The position numbers and the translations under genes are program-made. DNA of 64,000 bases from NCBI GenBank assembly GCA_951406725.2, contig OX597825.1, positions 72,974,001 to 73,038,000 of the forward strand, given 5' to 3'. Shown piece by piece: positions 26,259-40,139 of the stretch. The DNA is from Octopus vulgaris (Eukaryota). The notes under the pieces were generated by a model that searched no databases, was not told the origin of the DNA, and saw nothing but the letters and a program-made list of their open reading frames with translations. The number at the start of each line of letters is the position of its first letter. Within the stretch, counting starts at the first letter, position 1.

Positions 26259-26636
26259 TTTCCTATTTAAGTTTCCTTTCAAATGAAAGAAAAGGAAATT
26301 TAGATACAAACTTCCTTGTATGAATTCAAATATGCTGTCCTCTGTTGTTTCTGAGTCAGAAAAGGGCATTCCACCCCCCCATCCCGTGACCACAATACTT
26401 CCCGTACCCCTGTACCCAACCTTCTATGCTATATCAAAGTTTAGTGTTACATGAATTACACTTTGGATATATATGTACATACGTACACACACACTCACAC
26501 TCACGTGATATGCATAAAATCTGGAGGTACATGACATCCATAGGCTTATGGCCGTTTCACAACTCTCTTCATGTAGTATCCATTTCAGTAGGAAAGAAAT
26601 TGTACCTGTGTTTGCATTAATATGTAAGCTCTGCAT

Positions 26637-26667
<31 letters not shown>

Positions 26668-27356
26668 CAATGGAAATTGTAGTTGTGATCCCTGTGCTGG
26701 TGGCACGTAAAAAGCACCATCTGAATGTGGCCGATACCAGCGCCACCTTGACTGGCTTCCGTACCAGTGGCATGTAAAAAGCACCAACCGATCGTGGCCA
26801 TTGCCAGCCTCGCCTGGCACCTGTGCCGGCGGCACGTAAAAAGCACCCACTACACTCATGGAGTGGTTGGCATTAAGAAGGGCATCCAGCTATAGAAACA
26901 CTGCCAGATCAGACTGGAGCCTGGTGCAGCCTCCTGGCTTCCCAGACCCCGGTCGAACCGTCCAACCCATGCTAGCATGGGAAACGGACGTTAAACGATG
27001 ATGATGATGATGGAGAAGAAGAAAGTGAAGATATTGAAGTTAATAAGAATTTATTATCAGCAACAAATCGATCACTATCCTTTACAGCTGTTTCAGTTAT
27101 ACACTGAGAAATTAATTAAATATTAAAATCACTGTTCATAAGGCTAACATAACCTGTTACTGAATCCTGTATCTATATATAAATATACACACATATATAT
27201 ATATGTATGTATGTGTATACACATATAATTATGTTGTCACCTTTGTTATTTTATAATTTTCACGTTACCATTTTGTTGAATGAATCATCCATTGATTCAT
27301 ATGGTAAATACTACATACAGACACTCAAGATTTAGCTTAACCATCAGCGATGGAGT

Positions 27357-27412
27357 GATCACTACTGATGAGCTTTAATTCCAAGTGAAGCTAGCTTGCT
27401 GATATAGTGATC
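27357..27412 (+). ncRNA. Type I hammerhead ribozyme-like motif (degenerate)
   Basis: GATCACTA-CTGATGA-GCTT(loop)AAGT-GAAG-CTAGC TT GCTGA-TA-TAGTGATC; perfect 8-bp stem I; GAAA reads GAAG. Confidence 0.55.
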
Positions 27413-27559
27413 TTGCTTGCTGTGGGGTGGTTATCTCACCTGTCAGTACATAGACTTTTGTGGTTATAAAGATCTTTACTGTCATTGATTATTAGTAACA
27501 ATTTTTTCTTTTTGGTTTTGTACTGTATCTAACCACCTTCATTATTTTATATACATACA

Positions 27560-27943
27560 TTGTGGCACTCTGTCAGTTACAACGACAAGAGTTCCAGTTG
27601 ATCCGATCAACAGAACAGCCTGCTTATGAAATTAACGTGCAAGTGGCTGAGAACTCCACAGACATGTGTACCCTTAACTTAGTTCTCAGGGAGATTCAGC
27701 GTGACACAGAGTGTGACAAGGCTGGCCCTTTGAAATACAGGCACAACAGAAACAGGAAGAAAGAGTGAGAAAAAGTTGTGGTGAAAGAGTACAGCAGGGT
27801 TCACCACCACCCCTTGCCGGAGCCTTGTGGAGCTTTAAGTGTTTTCGCTCAATAAACACTCACAATGTCCAGTCTGAGAATCGAAACGGTGATCCTACGA
27901 CCGCGAGTCCGCTACCCTAACCACTGGGCCATTGTGCCTCCAC
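27560..27943 (-). mobile_element. SINE family B with tail type 3
   Basis: Head and body shared with the 13922 copy; different tail ending ...GTTGTAACTGACAGAGTGCCACA. Confidence 0.8.
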
Positions 27944-28012
27944 CATACATACATACATACATACATACACACATACACATACATACACACACACACATAC
28001 ATACATGCATAC

Positions 28013-28061
<49 letters not shown>

Positions 28062-28125
28062 CACACACATTTGCATATATATGCATATGTATGTGTATGC
28101 ACATGTATATATATATATATATATA

Positions 28126-29112
28126 CTAGCATTAAAGACCTGTCGTTGCCGGGTCATAGTGCTAGTGCATGTATATATGTATATATATATGTGTACATAT
28201 TACATGTACATCTATATATATACATCTACACATAAAATACAAAATACAAAGTTATATCTTGATATCGCTAGTGATAATAATACTCAAAATATATAACAGA
28301 CTGGAATTGTTAGCCTGTCTCTTGTAATTTCGATCAATTGTATCTTGTCCTCTCTCTTGTATAGAAGTGTGGCTACAATCCAGCCTACCTCTACTTCGGG
28401 GGGGAGGGGGGGAGGGCATTAAAAATTTTTTTCCGGGACATCCTACGTCCCAGATATAAAGGTAAAAATAAAATATTTCCACTTTGCAAGTTCGAGTTGA
28501 GTACTCCCTTGCACGCTCCATTGACTCGAACCTTGCTTCTATTGTGGCGAATTTACCGTCTCTGATTAGATACCTTTCATAGTCGCACCAAGACACTTTT
28601 CGAAGGTGCTTTATTTCATGTGTTCGAATCTTCTTTTTTCTCTACATTGTATACTTTATAGACAATAGTCTTTTCTTTAATTCAATTGTTATTATTATTT
28701 TTATTGTTAAAGTGAAAGTATCTGACATAAAATAGAGAAACGTTTTTGTTTCACTTTTAACACTTAATACTGAAACAGTGGAGAAGATATGATATTGCTA
28801 TGGGCTCGCCCTAGGCAAGAAGTTGAACATTTTTTTTGCCCATGAAACTACATGGACCCTAAGTAAGGCACGTGTAAAATTTGAATGAAATTGGTTGTGT
28901 AGTTCTCAAGTTTTAGGGAATCGTAGTGAAGAAGATATGATATTGCTGTGGGCTCGCCCTAGGCAAAAAGTTAAAAATTTTTTTTGCCGATGACACATCC
29001 CAGACCCTAAGTAAGGCATGTGTAAAATTTGAATGAAATTGGTTGTGTAGTTCTCAAGTTTTAGGGAAACACACAGACAGACAGACACACATTCTGTTTT
29101 ATATATATAAAG
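28126..29112 (-). mobile_element. Non-autonomous Helitron with internal ~148-bp duplication and a coding-like insert
   Basis: 5' TCTTATATATATAAAACAG; 3' hairpin GACCCGGCAACGACAGGTC then CTAG; duplication 28783-28920 vs 28931-29068. Confidence 0.6.
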
Positions 29113-29655
29113 ATATATATTATATGTATATATATATATATATGAATGTATGTGTGTATAAATGCATGTTATAGTCCAGCCTATATATAGGGTTTTGTCT
29201 CCACTGCTGGCATCCATATCATAAACTGAATAGTTTGATTAGAGATTGTTAATAGGACCAGCAGGGTCCTTCTCTATGTTAGTTTTATTAATTTCATATT
29301 CAAACAGATATGAAACCAGACGAAAGATACATGAAATAGCAAAGACCAGCTAAAAGTACAATACAAAAACAGAATAGACCTAATACTGAAACACAGAGTA
29401 AAATAAAAAATTAAAATCCCTGTGCCTGTCCTACCATGTGTGTGTGCATATGTTTTTCTGTTTATGTGTCTGTGTGTGTGTGTGCATGTGTCTATGTCTT
29501 GCTTGGGAGCCAATTAAGTTATGTTTTCTCAAAGATTCTGGAAGTATCATGGCTGTGTCTTTTACTGCTCAATAGAATGACAAAGGTCAATAAGTATTTC
29601 ACACTTATTGTCTAAGTATTTCCTGTCAGATTGTTGGGGAGGATGAACACATTAC

Positions 29656-29696
<41 letters not shown>

Positions 29697-29751
29697 CTCT
29701 CTATCCATTTGTCTATCTGTCTGCTTGTCTGTTTGTCTGTCTGTCTATCCA

Positions 29752-29787
<36 letters not shown>

Positions 29788-30507
29788 CCTTTCCTTTTGG
29801 CTGTATGTCTAGCTGTACTTTTTTTTATGAATTTCTCCTCTGATTTCTCTCTCTCTCTCTCTTTCTTTCTCTCTCTCTCTCTTTCTCTCTCCCCCTCTTT
29901 CTCTCTCTCTCTTCCTCTTCCTCTTCCTCCTCATCTTTTCTTCCCTATCTCCTCATTGTTGTCATTGTCCTCCTCCCCTCCCCCCTCCTCCTCCTCCTTT
30001 TCGTCTTCCTCCTTGTCTTCATCCTCTCTATTTCCTCTCCTTCCACACACCCTCCTCATTCTCCAGCTCTCCTCCTTTCTCTCCATTTCCCTCTCCTCCT
30101 CCCCAAGAGCTACCTCTCCTTCTCCCACTCGCTCTCTTCTGTTCCATATCTGTGTTATTGGGGGGTCAGTGTTTTTCGACAAGGGCCATTCAAGGCAGTG
30201 CTCCAGTATGGCCATAGCCTAACAACGAAAACAAGTAAAAGATAAAAGGTAAAATAATTTTTGTAATTTCTTTCATTAGTGATGGTGGTGGAGGAGGAAG
30301 CGGAGGAGGTGGTGGTGGTGGTGGTGGTAACAGTGATGTAATGGTTGCAATGATGATGATGCTGATGATGATGGCGATGACAACTGGCTTATTTCATCAT
30401 TCCACTTTGGAATGCTTGACCTTGTCTTTTTCGTTTTCTTTTATCTTAAGTATTTTATCCTCCCCCATAAGCAAGCAGGTATGCACACATACACACACAC
30501 ACACAAA

Positions 30508-30546
<39 letters not shown>

Positions 30547-31377
30547 GCACGCACCTACATGCATGCAGATACACACACAAACACTTGCACACACACATAC
30601 AAATACACAACCACATGCACATATGCAAACACATACACACACATGCAGACACACACACACACAAACAAAAATACACACAAAAACACACACATACACACAA
30701 ACATACACACACATACAGTCACACACACACAAACACAAAAACACACATGCACGCCCACACGCACATGCAGGTGCACACACACACACACACATGCACACAT
30801 TAACTCACACACACACAAAAACACAAAAACGCACCCACACACACATGCACCATACACACACACAAACACACAACCTGTTATATGGGAACTACTTGCTATT
30901 TTTAAGCCGCATATATTTTCACAAACCTTTAAACATATTTACTTTAGGGCACATGGCTACATGTCTCCACACAGTGGGCTTATTGTTACATGTATATCCG
31001 TGTATTGGGCACATGGCTACATGTACCCATACATAAAGTGCATAGCTACATGTATATCCAAACATAAGAATGCATGGATACATGTATCAGCCCACAAGAA
31101 ACATGGCTACATGTGACCATTTAGTGGATGCATGTTTACATTTATATCCATACACAAGACACAAAGCTACATGTATCAGTGCTTACATACATTGTTGCAT
31201 TTATATCCATATATGACACATGTCTACTTGTATATCTATATATGAAACACATAGCGACATGTATACTACATGTATATCCACACATAAGATACATGGCCAC
31301 ATGTATGCATATATATTAGACATGATAACGTATCTGTATATATCACCTTGATATATACAGATATATATGTATATATA

Positions 31378-31690
31378 TGGAGGCGCAATGGCCCAGTGGT
31401 TAGGGCAGCAGTCTCGCGGTTGTAGGATCGCAGTTTCGATTCCCAGACCAGGCGTTGCAAGTGTTTATTGAGCGAAAACACCTAAAGCTCCACGAGGCTC
31501 CGGCAGGGGTAGTGTGGCAATCCCTGCTGTACTCTTTTGCTACAAATTTCTCTCATTCTTTCTTTTGTTGGCCTGCTTGCTTAGCCAGTGGGATGGCGTC
31601 ATTTGAAGGCTAAAACAATGTGAAGCGCATTGTGACCAGCGATGTGTAGCAACATCTGATAGCCTGGTCGATCACGGTGATCACGGTGAT
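31378..31690 (+). mobile_element. SINE family B with tail type 4
   Basis: Same head and body; tail ends GATCACGGTGATCACGGTGA. Confidence 0.75.
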
Positions 31691-32884
31691 ATGTATATAT
31701 ATATGTATCTTCACTCATACCATGGATATCACAAATAGTTTAAATGATGTAGATACTTACACTGAAGACCAGCATTGATTGCACAGTTATTGCATTTTCT
31801 GGTATACAAGTCAAATTTTTCAGACCAAAATTTACTGTTCAAAAGAGATAGGTCGACACCATGATGACTTTGGAGGACCAAAAATTCAATGTGAAATGCA
31901 AAAGGATTTGGAAAGATTGTGACAATATTTGAATGTTTACACTACATGTTTACGCTGCAGGGATGGGCAAAAGTAAGCATTTCATTTTTTGCGCCCTTTT
32001 CAAGCCTAGCCAGGATCATAGGCCAGGTTTTCCTGTTTCTGTGGCGTATGTGTTCCCCCCAGCTGGATGGTACTCAAGAAACATGAAGAGAGAGAGTGAG
32101 AGAAATTTGGGGTGAAAGAGTACAACAGGGGTCGCCACCACCCCGTGCTGGAGCCTCGTGGAGTTTTAGGTGTTTTCGCTCAATAAACACACACAACGCC
32201 CGATCTTGGAATTGAAACCGTGATCCTCCGACCATGAGTCCGCTGCCCTAACCACTGGGCCATTGCGCCTCCACAAAAGTAGGCATACAGTTGTTTAATA
32301 TGAGTGGAATGTTCTTTTGATTTCTTTATTTCTTTTTTAGGGTAAAAATTCTATGATTTTGTGTTCTTTTTAACTTGTTCTTTCTATAATGAAGTAATTA
32401 TTCTTATTTTCAGGTATTTATTCTTTGGCTGGAATTCCACTCATTCCACTCACACTAAGCAACTGTATACCTACTTTTGCCCAGCTTTGTATATTCTATG
32501 TTGACTTTAGGGATGGTGAGGGCAGAGAGGGAGGTGTTGCCTCCCAGTAAATTTATTGAAAGGTTGATGAATGTGGTGAGGATGGCCTGAGTGAGTGGGC
32601 CTAGCCTACTCTAAGCTTGAGGCTGAAGGCTGGAGAAAATTTAGTACCTCTCTGAGGTATCCCTGACAATTGAGGGAATCTAAGACTGGTGGATTCTCTT
32701 GCTTACCTCTGGGTGGTAAACTCCTCAGTTGGGAAATTTTCTCATCAATTTTTCTTGTTAGTTGTTATTGTTTTTTTTATTTACACATATTTACATAAAT
32801 CCCTACTGTCCTTAGTCTTTGTATTACCCTAAATGTTTTTGCAACTCTTGTGGTCAATAGAAAGTATTATAATTAATATTGTTA

Positions 32885-33445
32885 TTGAGTGAGAGAGCAG
32901 TGCATGCCATCAAAGTGACACTGGGGTACAAATATATGAAGCCCAATATACCCATCATGACTACCTGTCTAATAAGGGTACACCAGGTACATGCATCACA
33001 ACCATAGGTGCGCGATATGGTGATCTCATTTCAAGATAAACAGCACATAACCTTGTAGGTGGGGCCCAGTAAGAATTTTCTTCAGGTTGGGTAGCCCATC
33101 CCACTCAAAAGGTCCCTGAATAAGGGTTGTTTAAGGATGTTGAATGAACAACCCATGTTTCCAAAGGTGAATTATCCAAACCTCTAAGAATTCCTTTCAA
33201 CACATGGTTATGATGCTCCCCCACTACTTCTGCTGCTGGTCAGAGATGCACATATCATCAGCCACTAAGGGACATGCTCAACTGGTTGAGGTCAAACAAC
33301 TGACAAGCAAATCTGTGGTAATGAGCAGAATATTTGCTGTAAGCCCATCTTTTTATACCAAGACAAAATATATACATGATAACACTTCCAATCAGTTAAG
33401 ATCAAAAGCCATGAGAGCCACTGCCTGGTACTGCATCAGGGTATT
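32885..33445 (-). mobile_element. Interspersed retroposon-like repeat with (AAT)n tail (second copy ~62410-62760, +)
   Basis: Two copies in opposite orientation ending GCACTGCTCTCTCACTCAATAA. Confidence 0.65.
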
Positions 33446-33958
33446 TATTATTATTATTATTATTATTAAAGTGGTAAATTGGCAGAATTGTTAGCATGGT
33501 GAGCAAAATGCTTAGCAATATGTTGTCCGTCTTTATGTTCTGAGTTCAAATTCTGTCAAGGTTGACTTTACTTTTCATCCTTTCGGAGTCGATAAATTAA
33601 GTACCAGTCATACACTGGGGTTGATGTAATCGACTAATCCCCTCCCCCAAAATTTCTAGCCTTGTGCCTTTAGTAAAAGGGATTATTATCAAGGTGGCAA
33701 GCTGGCAGAATTGTTAGCACGTCAGGTGAAATACTTAATGGCATTTCATTTGCCTCTTTAGATTTTGAGTTCAAATTCCACCATGGTCATCTTTGCCTTT
33801 TATCCTTTTGGGATCAATAAAATAAGTACCAGTTGTGCACTGGGGGTTGATGTCATCAATTTTGCCCCTCCTCTGAAATTGTGCCAAAATTTGAAACCAT
33901 TACTACTACTACTACTACTACTACTAATAATAATAATAATAATAATAATACCACCACC

Positions 33959-34005
<47 letters not shown>

Positions 34006-34444
34006 CACTACTACTACTACTACTACTACTAACTTGGTCTCATATGATTGATTGTGAGAAAAAATAAGAAAAATCAAATGGAAAAAAAAAATGAAAAACT
34101 TAAATCTCCTTTATGTAGGATTGAACCAGAAAATCTGTTGAACACAAGACTTTTCTGGCTCTCTCTCTCTCTGTCTCTTGCTCACTCTATTACAATGTCC
34201 CCTCCCCCACTCCCTTGTCCTTCCTCCGCTTTTCCTGTGTAGTCATTCATCAAAAAACCTCCACAGTGACCCACCGATACATGATAAACCAAGCCATAAG
34301 CTCCTTATCTTCCTAAAAACAGCCACAATCCAAAGGTAAAGAATATACAACCAATATGATGATGCATGTCTCAAAACATTGATTTTATGCCATTTTTTTC
34401 TTTCTCACCTTCAGGAGTGGGTGGCTATTTATCATCATCATCGT

Positions 34445-34498
34445 TTAATTATTATTATTATTATTATTTCATTGTTATTTTATTGTTATTATTATTAC

Positions 34499-34546
<48 letters not shown>

Positions 34547-34707
34547 CATTTTTTATTTTTATTTTATTATTTTTATTGTTATTTTATTATTATTATTATT
34601 TTATTATTATTTTATTGTTATTATTATTATTATTATTATTATTTTATTATTATTATTATTTTATTATTATTATTATTTTATTGTTATTATTATTATTATT
34701 ATTATTA

Positions 34708-34743
<36 letters not shown>

Positions 34744-34826
34744 CATTATTATTATTACGGTCATCATCATTATTATTATTAGTCATATTATTAAAATCTT
34801 TCGCCCTGGTGGCAATAAAAGAAATC

Positions 34827-34875
<49 letters not shown>

Positions 34876-34958
34876 CCACCACCACCACCACCACCACCAT
34901 CGTCATCGTCATCATCATCATCATTATCATTGTCATCGTCATCATCGTTGTCACCACC

Positions 34959-34992
<34 letters not shown>

Positions 34993-35030
34993 TCATCCAT
35001 ATCATCATCATCATCATTGTAATTATTATT
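34445..35030. repeat. (ATT)n/(CAT)n/(CAC)n compound microsatellite
   Basis: Direct reading. Confidence 0.9.
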
Positions 35031-35492
35031 TTGGATGTCTTCCAAATAGTTTTGTTTTTTTATTAATTAATTACAAACTTAATCTGATTTCCCTCCTTTA
35101 TCAAAAATAGTCGTCAGATTACAGCAGACATCTTTTTAGTTATTATCGCTGTTATTTCTCAATTTTCATTGCTCTGTTATATTATTGTTGCTGTTGTTCT
35201 TCTTGTTGTTATTGTGCTGCTTGTTATTTTGATGGCTAAGCGAAAAAAAAACCAAACGAAGAAGAAAGAAACAATTATTCATGCAACAATTTGAAATTCT
35301 TTTTCTGTCTTTGATATTTCAAGACATCGTTTTCTCCTTGATTTGATTTTTCAAAGGAGAAAAAGACAAAAAAACAATCAAACAAAAAACAAAAACAAAA
35401 AACAAAATTCAAAAACAAAAAACCAAACCAAAAAGAAATAAGGTTTATATATATATATCATCATTTAGCGTCCGCTTTCCATGCTAGCATGG

Positions 35493-35537
<45 letters not shown>

Positions 35538-35545
35538 TATACATG

Positions 35546-35615
<70 letters not shown>

Positions 35616-36171
35616 CATACATATATATATGTATATATATATATATATATATATTTCTTCTTACCTTGTTCTGTCTTGTTAAAGGGATTTATTGCATTTC
35701 TACAAACTACTGAAGTAGCAGAGTGTTTGTGTGTGTGTGTGTGTGTGTGCAGGCACAGGCATGGCTGTGTGGTCTGAGAAGCTCGTTTCCCGACTACGTG
35801 AGCTTCGGTTCAGTCCTACTGTGTGGCACCTTGGGCAAGTTTTTTTTTCTTACTCTACTCCCTGGGCTGGCCAAAACCTTGTGAGTAGATTCAGTTGACA
35901 GAAACTGAAAGAAGCCCATCATATCTTCACCATCATCATCACCATCATCATCATTTAATTCTGTTAGTGGGTTGGTTGCACAGTTTGACAGGAGGTGGTC
36001 AACTGGGGAGCTGCCCAGATTCCATCTCTCTGTTTCAGCCTGATTTTTGTGGCTGGATGCCCTTCTTAATGTCAACCACTTTACAGATTGTGCTGGGTAC
36101 CTTTTACATGCCACCAGCATGGGTGCACTTAGGTGGTACTGGCACAAGGGCATTTTACATGGCAGCATGTA

Positions 36172-36239
<68 letters not shown>

Positions 36240-36404
36240 CACATGGCCTAGTGGTTAGAGCAGCGGACCCACGGACCTGCGATGGACAGGCGTCCTGTCC
36301 AGGTGGGGAACCTATGCACCAAGGAAACCAGGAAACTGGCCCTATAAGCCAGGCATGGCTCGGGAAGGAACAAACAAACAACGACAAACTTATATATATA
36401 CCAT

Positions 36405-37215
36405 CATCATCATCATCATCATCATTTAACGTCTGCTTTCCATGCTAGTATGGGTTGGATGATTTGACTGAGGACTGGCAAACCAGATGACTGCACCAGG
36501 CTCCAATCTGATCTGGCAGAGTTTCTACAGCTGGATGCTCTTCCTAACGCCAACCACTCCAAGAGTGTAGTGGGTGTTTTTACGTGCCACCGGCATGAGG
36601 GCCAGTCAGGTGGTACTGGCAACAGCCACGCACAACTGGTGTTTTTTATGTGCCACCTGCACAGGAGCCAGTCCAGTGGCACTGGCAACAACCTCGCTTG
36701 AATGCTTTTTCACGGGACATTGGCATTTTTACATGCCACCAGCACAGAAGCCAGTCAGCTGCTCTGCCAATGGTCATGCTTGGATGGTGCTCCTAGCACT
36801 CCACTGGCACGGGTGCCAGTCATCGAATTTGATTTGATTTTGATTTCACTTGCCTCAGTAGGTCTTCGCAAGCAGAATTTAGTGTTCAATGAAGGAAAGA
36901 TACGCATAAGTTGGCTGCTTACACCCCTGGCATAGGCCACGAGGTTATGGTCTCATTTGGCTTGCTGGGTCTTCTCAAGCACAGCATGTTTCCAAAAGTC
37001 TCAGTCACTAGTCATTGCCTCAGTGAGGCCTAATGTTCAAAGGTCGTGCTTCACCACCTCATCCCAGGTTTTCCTGGGTATACCTCTTCCACAGGTTCCC
37101 TCAACCGCTAGGGTGTGGCACTTTTTCACACAGCTATCCTCATCCATTCTCGCCACATAACCATACCAGCGCAGTCGTCTCTCTTGCACATCACATCTGA
37201 TGCCTCTTAGATCCA
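36405..37215 (-). mobile_element. 5'-truncated RTE LINE: ORF C-terminus plus 3'UTR containing the family C tandem units
   Basis: Minus strand: VQERRLRWYGYVARMDEDSCVKKC..VEGTCGRGIPRKTWDEVVKHDL* (RTE-type), continuous with family C sequence and (GAT)n tail. Confidence 0.8.
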
Positions 37216-37736
37216 TATATATATATATATATATGTATAGAGAGAGAGAGGGAGAGAAAGAGAGAGGAAGAGAGAGAGAGAGGGAGAGAGAGAGGGGGGA
37301 GAGAGAGAGAGAGAGAGAGAGAAACTAGGCATGTGCTGTCAGTAATTACTCAGGATAGGCAGTTGGTGACCTTTATGTATACACAAAAAAATAAGCGAAA
37401 CACAATGTGTGACTGAGTTGAAGGCAGATTTACTTCTGCCTTTATAGCACGTAAAGAAAATGGTGTTGTAGAAGTGTATGCAGCATGTGTACTGCAGCAG
37501 TACTATGCATAGCTTAAATACTGAGATTGAAAGGCAGGGGCAAATTATGCTTACCTAATCTACAAAAAAAAAAATAATAATAAAACATGTTGCATTTTAT
37601 GGATAATAATCAGAGTAACCTTCATAATTTTATTGAATTAGCTGCATATTTTGCCATAAAAGGAAAATGTTGCTATTAATCTATTTTATTCAAGATAGGC
37701 ACTGCTTACTTTGCCTACCTAGGCAGCACATCCCTG

Positions 37737-37784
<48 letters not shown>

Positions 37785-37850
37785 GCATATATATATCATC
37801 ATCATCATTGTTTAAGGTCTGCTTTCCATGCACGCATGGGTACACATACA

Positions 37851-37898
<48 letters not shown>

Positions 37899-38012
37899 TT
37901 CAGACAAATATGGTACTTAAGTTAAAGGCACCAGAATTTTGTATGGTATTATCCATATAAATGAAATGGGGTGATTATGATCAAAATAAGCAACAAGGAT
38001 ATCAAAGGTAGA

Positions 38013-38098
38013 GTAGTACAATTGTTTCATGCTACTTCATTTTATTAAACACTCTAAGTATTACATCAGTTTTAAAATGTTGAGCAATCTTCAGCCAC
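38013..38098 (-). ncRNA. Hammerhead-like motif with palindromic stem III (Penelope-type)
   Basis: Minus strand: GTGG-CTGAAGA-TTGCT..(~50-nt loop)..AGCAT-GAAA-CAATTG-TA-CTAC. Confidence 0.4.
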
Positions 38099-39511
38099 AT
38101 ATAGAATTTTCCAATTAAACGGACAATGCACATTCTTATCCCTATTTCATTTGCCAACATTACAAAGAGGGTAGATATATAGACAGAGAGGTTGATTTCA
38201 TTCTTAAGAACATCATAGTAGTATGTTCATTCTCCATCTGTAGATTTTTATCATTGAGTTCACTTTGTTATTTAGATCTATCAGTGGGGAGGGTTTTTTT
38301 CTATTCTTGGCTGAATGGAGACAAACAAGACATTTTTCTATTTATAGATAAAGGAAGGGGTAGTACAAATGTCAAAACCATAAACCCATCCTCATTTTGA
38401 GGAATTCAATTTTGATGTATTTGAATGTATCATAGCAAAAAGCTAGTAGGCTGAAGTTAGTGGAGTAGGGGGAATAGAGATTACTAATTCTCTAGAGGTT
38501 TTCAATGTCCCTTACCATTTAACAGCCAAATTCTATATTAAGAATTTGATAGAACCAGGGTTCACTTGATGCTCAGGAGTCTCAGAAAAGCTGTGAAAGA
38601 GAGGAAAGGTGTTGCCAGAAAATTATTGGAAGCTGCTGAAAAAGTAAGATATTACATTTGGCCCAACAGAGGGGCCATGTGGTGCATCAAGAATGAGTAT
38701 TGAGGATGGTTAGGAACATCTGGCCTAGAGTCACAAAATCTGATTCAGCAAAACTCATGCTGTTGTGCGTAAGTTTTTGCAGTGTAAGGGACCGAAATAC
38801 CTACAGAGCTGCTTCATTGCCTGATTAGACATTGATTCTTGTCTTTGGAGATGGAGTACAAACCCCTCGGTGCATGTGTTTATGCAAAGATGCAGTTCTT
38901 TATATCATAAGTCTTTTCCTGTTTGAATATTCATGGACTTGTTATAGGAATGTAACTGTTAATACAGAGTGGTATCTCATCATAGATAGCATAATTCATC
39001 ATATCAGACCAGGGTCTTAACATCATAATAGACCAGAGTCTTATGATCATAACTGAGTCTTATGACCATAAATTTTACTGTTAATATAGACTGGTGTCTT
39101 ATCATAGATATAACATAGTCTAGTGTCTTATCCAGGTGATATCATAGACCAGTGTCATATCATAGATATCATCATGATATCATCATAGACCAGTGTGTTA
39201 TAGATATCATAAGTAGCCACTACCAGATCATATGGGCACTGTTAATGTTAATATCAACAGATGTATTCAGGTAATACATTTATCTCCTTTTTTGCTTCAC
39301 ACTTTTAACTCTTATACCAACCCATCTGAGACTGTCCTTGGTTCTCTGATATAAGTTCCCTTTTTTAAAATGATCTAAATTAAAACTATCCATCAACATT
39401 TCACTTTAATTTAGGTTTTAAATACCAGCTGAATAATGAGAAAATTTATTTATTAAATTCTTAATAATCTTCAAAATTAATAGAACTGAAAGTTTTGTAT
39501 TTCAAAAGAAA

Positions 39512-39866
39512 TCTCTCTCTATATAAAGCTGAAGTTGTCTGTGTGTGGCAGGTTTGGTAGCCTTCAACTAACACTATCTCCTCCGAGACCCTGCGATGCA
39601 AGTTGACCAAAATTGAGATTGTGATAGAAGAAGGCTTGCTCTTCCTTCCGTAGAAGATAAAATTCAAATCAGACCATGTTAACACAAAAATTATTTATTT
39701 CTGTGAAAATCCCTACTGCTGTGTCGCCATTTTTCGGTGTATCTCAACCAGAAAAATGTTCACTTAGAGAGAATAACAAGCTACATAATGCAAAATTTTT
39801 ACTTTTCAAAAATTCCAATTCTAAAGGGTCGAAACAAACCCGAGCAATGCCAGGCGATACTACTAG
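39512..39866 (+). mobile_element. Non-autonomous Helitron
   Basis: A|TCTCTCTCTATATAAAG ... CCCGAGCAATGCCAGG ... CTAG|T. Confidence 0.7.
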
Positions 39867-40139
39867 TATAGTAATAAAAGGGTTAAACTAAAATTAAGCA
39901 GACCCTTCTTAAGATATTAGAAGTGATTTTCACTATATTTTTACATCCTTGATTAAAAACTATATTTTCTAAAAATAAAGACATGATGAGAAAGCGATGC
40001 TAACTTGACAGAGACTTGAACCTGTCTCACAAATATACTCCAACTCAGTGGAGTTTGTACATAAAGTGGGATACATCTGTTTGTTGTAGTACATTACTAA
40101 ATGATTTCTCACTTACACACACACACACACACATACACA

